From a virus: 64,000 nt of DNA. The notes beneath the pieces were generated by a model, which saw only the letters and a program-made list of their open reading frames with translations, was not told the origin of the DNA and made no database searches. Position numbers and translations under genes: made by a program. The stretch is taken from positions 21,236 to 85,235 of IMG/VR virus record IMGVR_UViG_3300040771_000271, one strand, 5' to 3'. Positions 37,724 to 47,981 of this stretch are shown in pieces (within the stretch, counting starts at the first letter, position 1; every line of letters begins with the position of its first letter).

Positions 37724-40700
37724 ATGCTAGATAATACAAACCCCCTTTCAGGACTCTCAAATCCAAGACAAACTAACTTTTTAACTAGCGATACTAATGC
37801 TCAACCCATACCTACTCAGCAAATTGCGGAGGATATAAGATTAAAAAGTAGCCCTAGGTATTCAGACTTTTTAACTTCCTTTCAACAAGAAAATCAACCT
37901 AACAGTTTAGATGCATTTAAAGATAATAGGTTAAAATTAAAAGAGTTCTCTGTAAATATAGAAGACACATATATTAGATTAAATGATAATACTTATCAAT
38001 CTAAATTTGAAAATTATATAGAAGGAACTAATAATGAAGAGCGTCTAGCACAAGGGCAATCCACTTCTGATAAATGGATAAATGGACTTGAAAAATTAGT
38101 TTTAAAAACAGGTAATGTTGTATTAGGAAATACAGTGGGCTTTGTTAATGGTTTTATAGAAGCAGCTAAACAAGGAAGTATTTCAGCAGTTTATGATAAT
38201 GATTTTACTAAAACTCTTGATGATTGGAACACTAAATTAGACTATAAACTACCAAATTACTATACTCAACAAGAAAAAGATGCAGGGTTTGTAAATAGTT
38301 TAGGTAGTGCTAACTTCTGGGCTAATGATGTATTAGCAGGAACAGCATTTACTTTAGGTACGGTAGCTTCTGAAGCAATATGGGCTTATGCTACAGGTGG
38401 AGCAAGTTTGGCTCTAAAAGGAGCTAGAATAGGATCTAAGTTAGGTACAGCTGCTAGAGTAGGAGAAGAGGCTATAGTTGCAGAAAGGACTCTTTCGGGA
38501 ATAGAAAAAATGAAGCAGTTTATAAAACAACCTTTAAAATCAACAGCTAGTAAGGGAGTAATAAACAGAGAAGGAGCTATATTAGGAAGCAAGGCAGGAG
38601 AAATATTAAACACTGTAAGATTTGGATTAACATCTGCTTCTGGAGAAGCCTCTATAGAAGCTTGGCACTATAAAAAAGAAGCAAAAGAAAATTTCTACAA
38701 TAACTTTGAAACATTAAATGGTAGAAAGCCTACAGATGATGAAATTAGTAAGTTTGAAGAGGATTTAGCTAATTCTGCTAATGCAGTTTTTGCTACAAAC
38801 TATTTGTTGGTAGGTGGAGCTAACTTAGCATTTTTTGGAGGACAATTTGGAATAAAAAATCCTTTAAAATCACTATCTAAAGATGTAAATAAAGGGTTGT
38901 TTGGAATAGGTACACAAACAGTTGAAATAGGTGGTAAGAAAGTTGTACAAGCCTTAAAAGCTACCAAATTTCAAAATTTTGCGGGGAAAGCTTATGGAGT
39001 AAGTAGCAATTTATTTAATGAAGTTATACTTGAAGAAGGACTACAAGGAGTAACTACAAAAACAGCTAACAAATGGTTAGATAGTACTTACGATCCAAAA
39101 AAGACAGCAGAAAATCTAGACATGATGGGTATGGTGTATGAGTCTATGGGAGAAACTTATGGCACTAAAGAAGGGTGGAAAGAGTTAGGAACTGCAGCTT
39201 TAACAACACTTATAGGTGGAGCAGCAACAGGAAACTTATTCGGGGGAGCTAAAGATATTGACAACAAAAGAAAAGATATGGAATACAATGCAAGTGGATT
39301 AAACACATTTGCAGGAGATATATTTGTTAAGAGATTAGCTATGACTAATCAAATACAGGGAGCTAATGAACGTAAAGCAGAGGCAGACGCTAAAGGAGAT
39401 ATAGTAGGCGGAGAAATAGCTAGAAATGATAGTATGTTTTCCCGACTCAACTTCAACTATAACATTAAGAGAGACTCTAAAGATGATATTTCAGACTTGC
39501 AAGACTCTATCAATTTAATGTCTGTAGAGCAGTTTAAAGAGGCAGGAATAGAAGAGGAAAACATAGAACAGTTCAAAACAAATACTGTTGAAGAATATAA
39601 AACACTATCTGAATCCTTTGAAAAAAACAGGCAGTTTGCCGAAGCTATTATAGGTAAAGGAACTTTTGTAGGAGCTAACGAAGCAGGGTTAACAAATAAA
39701 TCAGTACTTATTGAAGCTTTAACTTATAACCTCACAATGGGAGAAGTTACAGGCGGATTACAAACTGATTTATTGACAAGTATTAAAAAAGAAATACTTG
39801 GAAACTTTACTCAAAGTAATGAACTGGTAGATGCTTTAGATATAGATAGAGTGCTCTTAAATTCAAGTGAGAAAACAAAGAAAACTTATCAAAATGTAAG
39901 TAGAAGAATAAAAACTTCAAATACTAAAAGGGAAGCTTTAAATAAAGAACTTTTAAGCTTAGAAAGAAATAAAAATAGTAAAGAGGATAATACAACATAT
40001 AATCAAAGATATACTAAAGTATCAAGTAGATTATTAGAATTAGAAGAAGAGTATGCTCAGCTTAAGCAAGAAAGAGATGTTTTATTCAAAGCAGCTAAAG
40101 TAGAAAATCCTTTTATAAAAGATGATACATCTGTATCTTCTATAGATTTAGATAGTACAGAGAAAAGATTATCTGATTTAAATGATTTAGTAGAAAACTT
40201 AAAAGAAACTAATTTACCAGCACACTTAAAAATTAGCAAGTTAATCTCGGAGTACAACCGTTCAGTAGAGCAGTTTAAAGAGTTTGACAATACAGCTAAA
40301 AAACTTTCTGACCCTAAGTACAAACCTAAAGATCAAAGTAGTTTTCTTTCAAAAATTATTAATGGTAAAAAGTCTATGGACGAATTTACTAAAGAGTTTT
40401 TTATAGACACTATTAAAAATTATAATGACGTAAAAAATGCATACTTAAAAGAGCAAGCAGACGAAATAAATGCTGACATTTCTAATGAAGAATATCAGAG
40501 TTTTAAAGATAATAAAGAAGTATCAGAGGAACTTTTAACTAAAATTTCGCAAAAAGTTAAAAGTAATGAAACTTTATTACCTAGAGAAAAAGAAGTCTAT
40601 GACAGTAATAAAGAGGAGATTGACGCAATAAAGGATACTATAGAAGTTACACCTCCAAAATCTGAAGAACCTATATTATCTTCTACAGAACAGCTTGTAA

Positions 40701-42868
40701 AAAGAATAGAAGATGCTATAGAAGCTAACAGTATCTCTATGACTTATGTAGGAGAAAGTTATGACGACATTGTTAATGCTCAACCCAATCAAGAAGAATT
40801 AGAAGAGTATGAAGAATATTTAGAAAAAATTAATAATAGCAAAAGAAAAGATAAAGATTTTGCTACAAGAGTAAACCCTAATTTTTCTTCAAATACTAAA
40901 GTTGAAATAGGTTTAACAAAAGAAGAACTTGTAAAATTTCAAAACTTAAATCTAAAACTTTCTCAATGGAGAATGCTTGACGGAGCAGTAAGTGGAGAAA
41001 GTGAAAGTATAGCGGATTTAATTGAAATATTAAATCAAATGAAAATTTCAATTGAACAAGAAGACACTAAAAATAATATTACTAGTCAAGAATTTGTAAC
41101 TATAAATGAGACAGATGAAGTACAAGCTTCTAACGATGTAACTCAAAATAGTTTCACTCAAGTTCATGATAATGTTACTGCTAAAATAGTAACTATAAAT
41201 AAAGAAAATGCTGTAAGATTTAGTGATTTAAACATAGGAACAGTTATAGACAGATTACAAGTACTACCTATTATAATAACAGTAGATGGACAAAGTAGAC
41301 AAGCTACAGAAGCCTTAGTACAAGAGTTTGGAAAAGTTAAAGGAACACAATTTAATTTTGGAGAAGCAACATTTACTATAGAAGATAGAGGTAGAATATC
41401 TATAAAAGAAACTGATTACAACATTGTAAAAGAAACTTTAAATTTAATACCATTGTCTTCAAATTTAACTTATAGCACTTACTCACCTGTATATCAAAAA
41501 GCAGGAGAAGAAGTAGTTCAAGTACCTTCCGATTTTACCCCATCATCTCCAATATCTTACAATCAAGAAGCAAATTATGAAGTTTCAGAAGGCGAAAATG
41601 TAGAGTTAGAAGTTAGATTTGACGACCCATATAATGCATCATTAATAGAAGAGCTTAGAAAATCAGGTAAAAAAATAAGTAAAGAGTTAGCTGAAAAAGT
41701 AGAAAAATCTTTAGTTATCTTTACAACTTTAAAAGGAGATCAAATTTCAGGATCTTTGAAAGCAACTCATAGCACTATAGGAGAGGGAGTAACAGATAAC
41801 AAATTCTTAGAAGTTAGAAAGAATGCATATTTAGCAGTTCTAGAAAATCTTAATAATGGTTCTATAGGATTTAAGTTAAATTCAAAAGTACAAGTTAAAA
41901 ATATAGTTTTAGGGTTTCCAAATATGAATACTCAACAAACAGATCAGGGTTATGAACCTCTAAATGTAGGCTTTACAGAAGAAAGTCTAGGAGTGGTGGT
42001 AAATACAGGTTATGTTTTAAATGGTAAAAGCTTTCTTTCAAAAGATGAAAAAGGGGTAAGATTTGATTTTACTACAAAATTGTCTAAAAAGAATAAAACT
42101 ACTAAAATACCTGTAATTGTATTTGAGTACAAAGGTGTTAAAGTAGCATATCCTATAAGTTTAGTAACAACTACATTAGAAAAAAGTAGTGAGGTAGAGG
42201 ATATATTTAATAATCAGCAGTTGTCTGAAGCGGAAAAAATAAAAAAAATTAACGCAAAACTTGTAGAGAATAACATAGAACCTAAACTATTTCAATTAAC
42301 AAGCTTAGACCCTGTAAAACTAAGAAGTATTGCAGAAGCTATGAATAGTATTCAAGACTTTATAAATGTTGAAACTTTGGCTGATAAAGATTATGATAAA
42401 AATTCACTAATATCTCAAGCACAAATAGCTATAAATTTAATATATAGACCTATAACTGCACCTAAATTAGTTTTAGACTTTTCAAACTATTCAGGTGAAG
42501 GGTTTATAGCTCCAGAAGTAGAAGTTGTGGATGAAAGTGTAAATCAAGAAGTTGAAAAATACAATAAGGAAATAGCTAAAATCTTAAAAAAACAGGAGAC
42601 CATTGACAAAAAAATTGATAAAATAGAAAAGATATATCAAAGTCAAGTAAAGGTGTTGCAAAACAAAAGAGCAAAGGCTTCTGAGTATTATAGAATAGAG
42701 AAGTCTAGAGACTTAGCTTTAGCTAAATTAGACGCAGAAACTGAAATTCTTGACGATGAAATAGTTGAATTACAAAATAAAATAGACGATTTGATAGAGG
42801 GAGATGAAAATTACAATATCCCCGCAGAAGATTTGGAAGAAGTAGAAAATATAACAGATTGTGATTAA
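37724..42868 (+). CDS. Giant ejection protein with membrane-type segments
   Basis: 1714 aa; Gly/Ala hydrophobic stretches (LAGTAFTLGTVASEAIWAYATGG, GTAALTTLIGGAATG); long coiled coils; single Cys, penultimate residue. Confidence 0.65.
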   Translation: MLDNTNPLSGLSNPRQTNFLTSDTNAQPIPTQQIAEDIRLKSSPRYSDFLTSFQQENQPNSLDAFKDNRLKLKEFSVNIEDTYIRLNDNTYQSKFENYIEGTNNEERLAQGQSTSDKWINGLEKLVLKTGNVVLGNTVGFVNGFIEAAKQGSISAVYDNDFTKTLDDWNTKLDYKLPNYYTQQEKDAGFVNSLGSANFWANDVLAGTAFTLGTVASEAIWAYATGGASLALKGARIGSKLGTAARVGEEAIVAERTLSGIEKMKQFIKQPLKSTASKGVINREGAILGSKAGEILNTVRFGLTSASGEASIEAWHYKKEAKENFYNNFETLNGRKPTDDEISKFEEDLANSANAVFATNYLLVGGANLAFFGGQFGIKNPLKSLSKDVNKGLFGIGTQTVEIGGKKVVQALKATKFQNFAGKAYGVSSNLFNEVILEEGLQGVTTKTANKWLDSTYDPKKTAENLDMMGMVYESMGETYGTKEGWKELGTAALTTLIGGAATGNLFGGAKDIDNKRKDMEYNASGLNTFAGDIFVKRLAMTNQIQGANERKAEADAKGDIVGGEIARNDSMFSRLNFNYNIKRDSKDDISDLQDSINLMSVEQFKEAGIEEENIEQFKTNTVEEYKTLSESFEKNRQFAEAIIGKGTFVGANEAGLTNKSVLIEALTYNLTMGEVTGGLQTDLLTSIKKEILGNFTQSNELVDALDIDRVLLNSSEKTKKTYQNVSRRIKTSNTKREALNKELLSLERNKNSKEDNTTYNQRYTKVSSRLLELEEEYAQLKQERDVLFKAAKVENPFIKDDTSVSSIDLDSTEKRLSDLNDLVENLKETNLPAHLKISKLISEYNRSVEQFKEFDNTAKKLSDPKYKPKDQSSFLSKIINGKKSMDEFTKEFFIDTIKNYNDVKNAYLKEQADEINADISNEEYQSFKDNKEVSEELLTKISQKVKSNETLLPREKEVYDSNKEEIDAIKDTIEVTPPKSEEPILSSTEQLVKRIEDAIEANSISMTYVGESYDDIVNAQPNQEELEEYEEYLEKINNSKRKDKDFATRVNPNFSSNTKVEIGLTKEELVKFQNLNLKLSQWRMLDGAVSGESESIADLIEILNQMKISIEQEDTKNNITSQEFVTINETDEVQASNDVTQNSFTQVHDNVTAKIVTINKENAVRFSDLNIGTVIDRLQVLPIIITVDGQSRQATEALVQEFGKVKGTQFNFGEATFTIEDRGRISIKETDYNIVKETLNLIPLSSNLTYSTYSPVYQKAGEEVVQVPSDFTPSSPISYNQEANYEVSEGENVELEVRFDDPYNASLIEELRKSGKKISKELAEKVEKSLVIFTTLKGDQISGSLKATHSTIGEGVTDNKFLEVRKNAYLAVLENLNNGSIGFKLNSKVQVKNIVLGFPNMNTQQTDQGYEPLNVGFTEESLGVVVNTGYVLNGKSFLSKDEKGVRFDFTTKLSKKNKTTKIPVIVFEYKGVKVAYPISLVTTTLEKSSEVEDIFNNQQLSEAEKIKKINAKLVENNIEPKLFQLTSLDPVKLRSIAEAMNSIQDFINVETLADKDYDKNSLISQAQIAINLIYRPITAPKLVLDFSNYSGEGFIAPEVEVVDESVNQEVEKYNKEIAKILKKQETIDKKIDKIEKIYQSQVKVLQNKRAKASEYYRIEKSRDLALAKLDAETEILDDEIVELQNKIDDLIEGDENYNIPAEDLEEVENITDCD

Positions 42869-42904
42869 TTAATTTGCAACAGTTAAAAATTAATTATATA
42901 TTTG
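42866..42904 (+). promoter_or_regulatory. Promoter TAATTAATTTG-N20-TATATTTG
   Basis: Canonical Bacteroidota TTTG-N20-TAnnTTTG; upstream part resembles the extended motif. Confidence 0.7.
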
Positions 42905-42920
42905 TAAAAAATAGCAGTAG

Positions 42921-44354
42921 ATGAGTTGTATAGTAATATATGGAGATAATGGAAGTATAGTTGGGACGCAAACTCCGAAAGAAGAAACGTCTAAATTATT
43001 TCCAGAAGTTCTAAATAAAGTAAGAAATGAGAAAAGAGCTGCTGATTTAGTAGCTCTTACTTATACAGAAAAATTTGTAGAACAAGTTATATCACCTCTA
43101 AAAAGTAAATACAAAACAGCTATAAAAAGAAATTTAGATACTTTACAACCAAGTAACAGTATTATAAACCTTTTACATAAGGGTAAAGAGTATTCTGCAG
43201 ACATTAAAAACCTACTTTACAAAACAGTAGAAGTCAATGGATTTACTACTATACAAGCTTTTGTTAAAGCAGGAGAAGAAAATGTAATGTTAGGTAAAGT
43301 AAGAATGAAACCTTACAAAAATGGTTTAGCTATAGAGAGCACTAATTTAAGTACAGCTCAAGTTTATAATCAGGGAAATATAGAAGGTTTACAAGGTAAA
43401 GGTATTGGTACAGAAATGTATAAATACGCAATATTAAAAGTTATTAGTCAAAACAAACCTTTCTATTCAGATGCAAACCAAACACCTGCCGCAAACGGAG
43501 TGTGGGATAAGTTAAAGTCTACTAAAATTGTAAAAAGAGAAGATGGTAGGAATAAAATAGAAAGTACTCCAAGCAGTCACTTCGATAGCAATGGGGAAGT
43601 TTTACCTCAAGTATTATTTAATTATTTAAGAGGGGAGCAAGCTAAAGGTAAAAAACTAAGTTTTGAGCAAAAACAAGATATAAAAAACTCACTATTATCT
43701 TTACCTTTTGAAGACTCTCAAGAAATGGCAGACGCTTTGGAAAAATCTTTCTATGATGAAAATGGAGAGTTTAAAGTCGAAGAAAAAAAGTTAAAAGATT
43801 TTTACACAAGTTATGAAATCTTAAACATAAAAACAGATAGAGAATTACAAAAAAGCATAAAAAATATAATTGAATCTCTAAGAAACATAGATGAAGTATT
43901 TACAAAAGAAACTTATTTTTCAAATGACTTTCTAGTAAAACGATCAACAATTAATAGTTTAGGAAAGCTTGTAAATAATAATCCTTTAGCAACAGAAAAA
44001 AACGTAATACAAGAATTAGGAGGGGTTAAAGATAGAGAAGAGTTCATAAGTAAAGCAGAATCTTTAGAATTACCACAAGTTTTAAAACAAGCTACAGTTG
44101 AATCTAAAGAAGTAGAAGCTCCAAAAAAAGAATTACCTAAAAAAATTGTAAAAGAAATTAGGATAATTGAAGAAGAAGTATTACCTTTGCCAGAAGTAAG
44201 TAAATTAGAACTTATTAAGTTACCTTTAATATCTGTATCTGAAATAACAAACGCAAAAACTTCTAAAGATATGACAAGAATAAAATTAGCTCAAGAAAAG
44301 TTAAAAAAAGAGTGGCAAGATTTAGAAGAATTAAATAATTGCGCATGGAGTTAG
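42921..44354 (+). CDS. Ejection-protein-like ORF with embedded GNAT-like domain
   Basis: N-terminus similar to that of the 53770 ORF; QGKGIG..MY...YSD..QT..A.GVW.KL GNAT signature. Confidence 0.6.
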   Translation: MSCIVIYGDNGSIVGTQTPKEETSKLFPEVLNKVRNEKRAADLVALTYTEKFVEQVISPLKSKYKTAIKRNLDTLQPSNSIINLLHKGKEYSADIKNLLYKTVEVNGFTTIQAFVKAGEENVMLGKVRMKPYKNGLAIESTNLSTAQVYNQGNIEGLQGKGIGTEMYKYAILKVISQNKPFYSDANQTPAANGVWDKLKSTKIVKREDGRNKIESTPSSHFDSNGEVLPQVLFNYLRGEQAKGKKLSFEQKQDIKNSLLSLPFEDSQEMADALEKSFYDENGEFKVEEKKLKDFYTSYEILNIKTDRELQKSIKNIIESLRNIDEVFTKETYFSNDFLVKRSTINSLGKLVNNNPLATEKNVIQELGGVKDREEFISKAESLELPQVLKQATVESKEVEAPKKELPKKIVKEIRIIEEEVLPLPEVSKLELIKLPLISVSEITNAKTSKDMTRIKLAQEKLKKEWQDLEELNNCAWS

Positions 44355-44749
44355 ATGATTTTAAACAAGCACTTGACGATAAAAGACATCAAGAGATACT
44401 GACATTACTTTCAAATACAAATACAGTAAATAAAGGTATAGTTGAAATAGTTGATGCTAACACAAAAACACTTGAAAAGTTTATAGAAAAACTTCAAGAG
44501 ATAAATAAAGAAGTTCCTGCAGATATAATAGTAGAAGTCAATCAAGATTTAGTTATTAGAGAACTAGCAAAATTAACTCAAGAGTTTAAAACAAACCTTA
44601 CAGAATTAAAAAATAATTTAAATAGTCCTGTAACTTTAGACGTAGAAGAATTAAAACCTCTCTTAAAAAAAGAAGAGCAAAAAAAGAATTGGGTTTTTGA
44701 CATAAAAAGAGACACTCAAGGATTTATAGAAACAGTCACAGCAAGATAA
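44345..44749 (+). CDS. Hypothetical coiled-coil protein, first gene of the inserted cassette
   Basis: ATG at 44345 preferred over TTG at 44339; C-terminal WVFDIKRDTQGFIETVTA. Confidence 0.6.
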   Translation: MELDDFKQALDDKRHQEILTLLSNTNTVNKGIVEIVDANTKTLEKFIEKLQEINKEVPADIIVEVNQDLVIRELAKLTQEFKTNLTELKNNLNSPVTLDVEELKPLLKKEEQKKNWVFDIKRDTQGFIETVTAR

Positions 44750-44772
44750 AATAATCTAAAACCAATAACCTT

Positions 44773-47325
44773 ATCGCAGCATTTACAGTAACTACGGCAC
44801 AAAACATAGATCAAATTACAGGAAAAACTGGTGGTGATACCTATGCAATAAATGGAGGTACATTAACTATAGATAATGACAGTAGAACAGGTTTAAACCA
44901 AACGACTTCTACAAGTTTAGGGAGTATAACTCTATCTGCTTCTTTGGGTGGAGTGGTAAATATTGACGGTACTGCTATATGGATGATTCCGTTTACAGCA
45001 GGAACAGGAAACGTACCCGCATTTAATACAGTTATTAGTAATGGTTCTGGAAGTGGTAAATTAATTGGAGTTCATGCTACACTTGCTTCGGCTTCTACGG
45101 CTTCGGGTGCTGTAATGCCCGCAACAGGCTTTTTAAGAGTTAAGCAAAAAACAGGAACGTACATAGCAGGAGCTTTAACAGGTATAGGAGCTACTGCAGG
45201 TGATGCAGGGCGTATTGGATGGATAGAAATCGTTGGTGACGAAGCAAGTACTATAAACGCTAACCGTTTAGGAGTTTATAATTCTAATGGTGCTTGGTAT
45301 GAAGTAGGTACGACTTCGGGAGTTTCTAACCAAACTATGCAAATTCCTAACAACGGTTTGCAAAGATATTGTGGTGGAGTTTACATAGAAAAAACTGTAG
45401 GTAGTAATGATTTTGAATTCTATCCGAATAACGGGACAAACACAACAACAGGTACAGAAGCTACTAGAGGAAAGCTAGTTTGGATTGACGCCACGGGACT
45501 TGTGAGAATAGGAAACTCTGGTGCTGCTACAAACGGCTTTACTCCAATAGCAGGGTTAAAAGTAGTTGTTGGGAATATATTTTTTGAGAATTGCACCGTT
45601 GCCGCAAGAACAGCGAACGTAATACCTAGTGCTACATTAGCTACAAGATATGATTTTACTACTACAGGTGGAGGAGTTGTGAATATTACAAAATCAACCT
45701 ACGCTTGGTATTTATCATGCGCTCAAGCTTATGCCGTAAATATTTCAGACTCTTCATTTATAGACTCAATATTTCTATCAGAAATAGCAACCGCTATGAC
45801 TTTTAGCAAAGTTGGAGTTGGGAACAAACCAACGACTCCATTACTTACATCACCACTAACAATGACTTTTTGCTTTGCAGGAGGAACATTTACAGACTGT
45901 GTTTGGCAAAGAGTTTCTATGGCTGCTTCAGGTGCGCACACAAACACTTTATCAGATTGCTCAGGATTTGATTTTGTAAGAGATAAAATAGTTGCGGGAG
46001 TTATTAGAGCAAATGCAACAACGTTTTCTGTAAATGCCACACGTATTAAAAATTGTACTTGGACGACTCCTACGATTATACAAGGAGCTATGACATTTAC
46101 TACTTGTGACAATATACAAATAACAAACACAATATACTGTGAAGCGATTTCGGGAACCACATTGGCAACTCAAGCAGGTTACGTATGGAGTTTAAGTACG
46201 AATACAATAAACTGTAAAATATCTGGATTAACAATGCCTGTTTTGAACACGCAACCTTTTACGGGACTTTTGCAATTGACAACAGGTTGTTCAAATAACA
46301 AGCTTAGAAGTATCGGTACAAGAGCTGTGCCAATAAGTATGGGAACAGTAAATAACTGTGGTTTAATTTACACAATAGTTTCAGCTTGTTTTGACACTAA
46401 AATTCAACGAGTTTACGTAAGTAACACAAGAACAGGTATTATGACAGGGGATAACTCTTCAAAAGGTCTTGTAGAAGAAAATGTATTTGGAGATTACGCA
46501 GATGCCGTCGACGTTATGGCGGTTCTGAACATGGAGCGTAAAGGAATGGGAGGTACGGGTGCATTAAGTGGACAAGTATCTGTTTATGGAACACATTGGT
46601 TAAATTGTTTTACTTCAGCAACAGCAGGTAGAATAGCGGTTCTTATGAACGAACCTACGGCAGAAACAGCTACACAAGTTACACTAACAAATGGAGCAGC
46701 GTTCACTTCTGGGGGAAGTTTGTACATGCCTATTATTGGACATAAAGTGTTATTTGAAACTCCTAGTTACATAATTGGTCACAACTCCTTTACGAATACT
46801 GCTTTAATAATGGCAGGAGGAACAGCAACAAACTATACATATAGGTATCAAATAGATAAAGGAGCAGGTTTTGGAGCGTTCAGTGCAGTTTTAACAGCGA
46901 CAACGTTAGCTACGGCGTTAAGCGGAGAAACAGCAATAAACCCTAGTGTAGGAATTAAATTAAGGTTAGAAATTACCACTTCTGTTACCAATGCAACCGC
47001 AATAACAAGTGTGTTTTTAACAACAGTAAGTTCAACAACTTCTCAAGATTTTCAATACCCTTTAGATACATTTAAGCTAACGTTTAGTGGAATAGTTAAC
47101 GGTTCAGACGTGGTTATACTGCAAGCAGGTACGGATACGGTTTTAGGACAAGTCGACCAAAATAGCGTAAGTACTTGGGATTACATTTATGAAACGCCAA
47201 CCAACGTAGATATTTTTGTATCAAAAGCAGGATTTGTTCCATTTTACATTAGAAATTTTACACTACAATCTTCAAACGCAACTTTACCAATAGCACAAAT
47301 AATAGATAGAAATTATATAACTTAA
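44773..47325 (+). CDS. Beta-helix-rich structural / spike-like protein with probable ATC start (850 aa)
   Basis: Frame is open from 44755; ATC GCA GCA TTT ACA follows an A-rich leader; 57 extra coding-like codons precede the track's TTG start; T/G/S-rich repeats. Confidence 0.6.
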   Translation: MAAFTVTTAQNIDQITGKTGGDTYAINGGTLTIDNDSRTGLNQTTSTSLGSITLSASLGGVVNIDGTAIWMIPFTAGTGNVPAFNTVISNGSGSGKLIGVHATLASASTASGAVMPATGFLRVKQKTGTYIAGALTGIGATAGDAGRIGWIEIVGDEASTINANRLGVYNSNGAWYEVGTTSGVSNQTMQIPNNGLQRYCGGVYIEKTVGSNDFEFYPNNGTNTTTGTEATRGKLVWIDATGLVRIGNSGAATNGFTPIAGLKVVVGNIFFENCTVAARTANVIPSATLATRYDFTTTGGGVVNITKSTYAWYLSCAQAYAVNISDSSFIDSIFLSEIATAMTFSKVGVGNKPTTPLLTSPLTMTFCFAGGTFTDCVWQRVSMAASGAHTNTLSDCSGFDFVRDKIVAGVIRANATTFSVNATRIKNCTWTTPTIIQGAMTFTTCDNIQITNTIYCEAISGTTLATQAGYVWSLSTNTINCKISGLTMPVLNTQPFTGLLQLTTGCSNNKLRSIGTRAVPISMGTVNNCGLIYTIVSACFDTKIQRVYVSNTRTGIMTGDNSSKGLVEENVFGDYADAVDVMAVLNMERKGMGGTGALSGQVSVYGTHWLNCFTSATAGRIAVLMNEPTAETATQVTLTNGAAFTSGGSLYMPIIGHKVLFETPSYIIGHNSFTNTALIMAGGTATNYTYRYQIDKGAGFGAFSAVLTATTLATALSGETAINPSVGIKLRLEITTSVTNATAITSVFLTTVSSTTSQDFQYPLDTFKLTFSGIVNGSDVVILQAGTDTVLGQVDQNSVSTWDYIYETPTNVDIFVSKAGFVPFYIRNFTLQSSNATLPIAQIIDRNYIT

Positions 47326-47327
47326 TA

Positions 47328-47981
47328 ATGGTAATATATAAAATTACAAATAAAACAAACAATAAATCTTATATTGGGCAAACCATACAAAAAGTCGAGC
47401 AAAGATGGAGAGAGCATTGTAAGAAATCAAAGAAAAACGTATCAGCAATATCTTTTGCAATTCAAAAATATAAAAAAGAAAACTTTACTTTTGAGATAAT
47501 TGATGAAAATATTATAGATATTGAAGATTTAAACAGGCTTGAAAAATATTACATAGAGTTATTAAACACGATGAGCCCTAATGGTTATAATTTAACATGT
47601 GGAGGTTTAAACTATATTGTATCTGATACTACAAAACAAAAAATGCGTCTTGCTAATTTAGTTCAAAAACGTTCTGTGGAGACTATTAATGCAATAATAG
47701 CATCCAAAAAAAATTTAAAACTCTCTCAAAGTTCGATTTATAAGCAAAAATTAGGAAAATTGTTACATAACTTATATGTAAACACTAAAAAAGGCGTTCG
47801 TTTTAATAAAAAAGACAATGCTTTTCAAGCTTTTATATATGTTGATGGTAAGATAAAAACTAAAACCTTTACAATAAGTATTTTAGGAGGTATGGCTGAA
47901 AAATTAGCAGGAGAATGCAGAGTAGAATTTGAAAAAGAGACAATTGAATATTATAAAACAAAAATAAATAAAAATGCCTAA
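47328..47981 (+). mobile_element. Free-standing GIY-YIG homing endonuclease with C-terminal AP2-like domain
   Basis: VIYKITNKTNNKSYIGQT, RWREH, NGYNLTCGG; KGVRFNKKDNAFQAFIYVDGK is AP2-like. Confidence 0.85.

Noticed and set aside
37721-37726. In-frame TAAATG junction as programmed read-through (also 10778-10783)
   Set aside because: TAAATG coupling recurs between unrelated genes in this genome (e.g. 60216-60221), so it needs no special mechanism.
42384-42398. DKDYD as an RNA polymerase catalytic motif
   Set aside because: Lacks the DFDxD context and lies near the end of a helical, membrane-segment-bearing protein.
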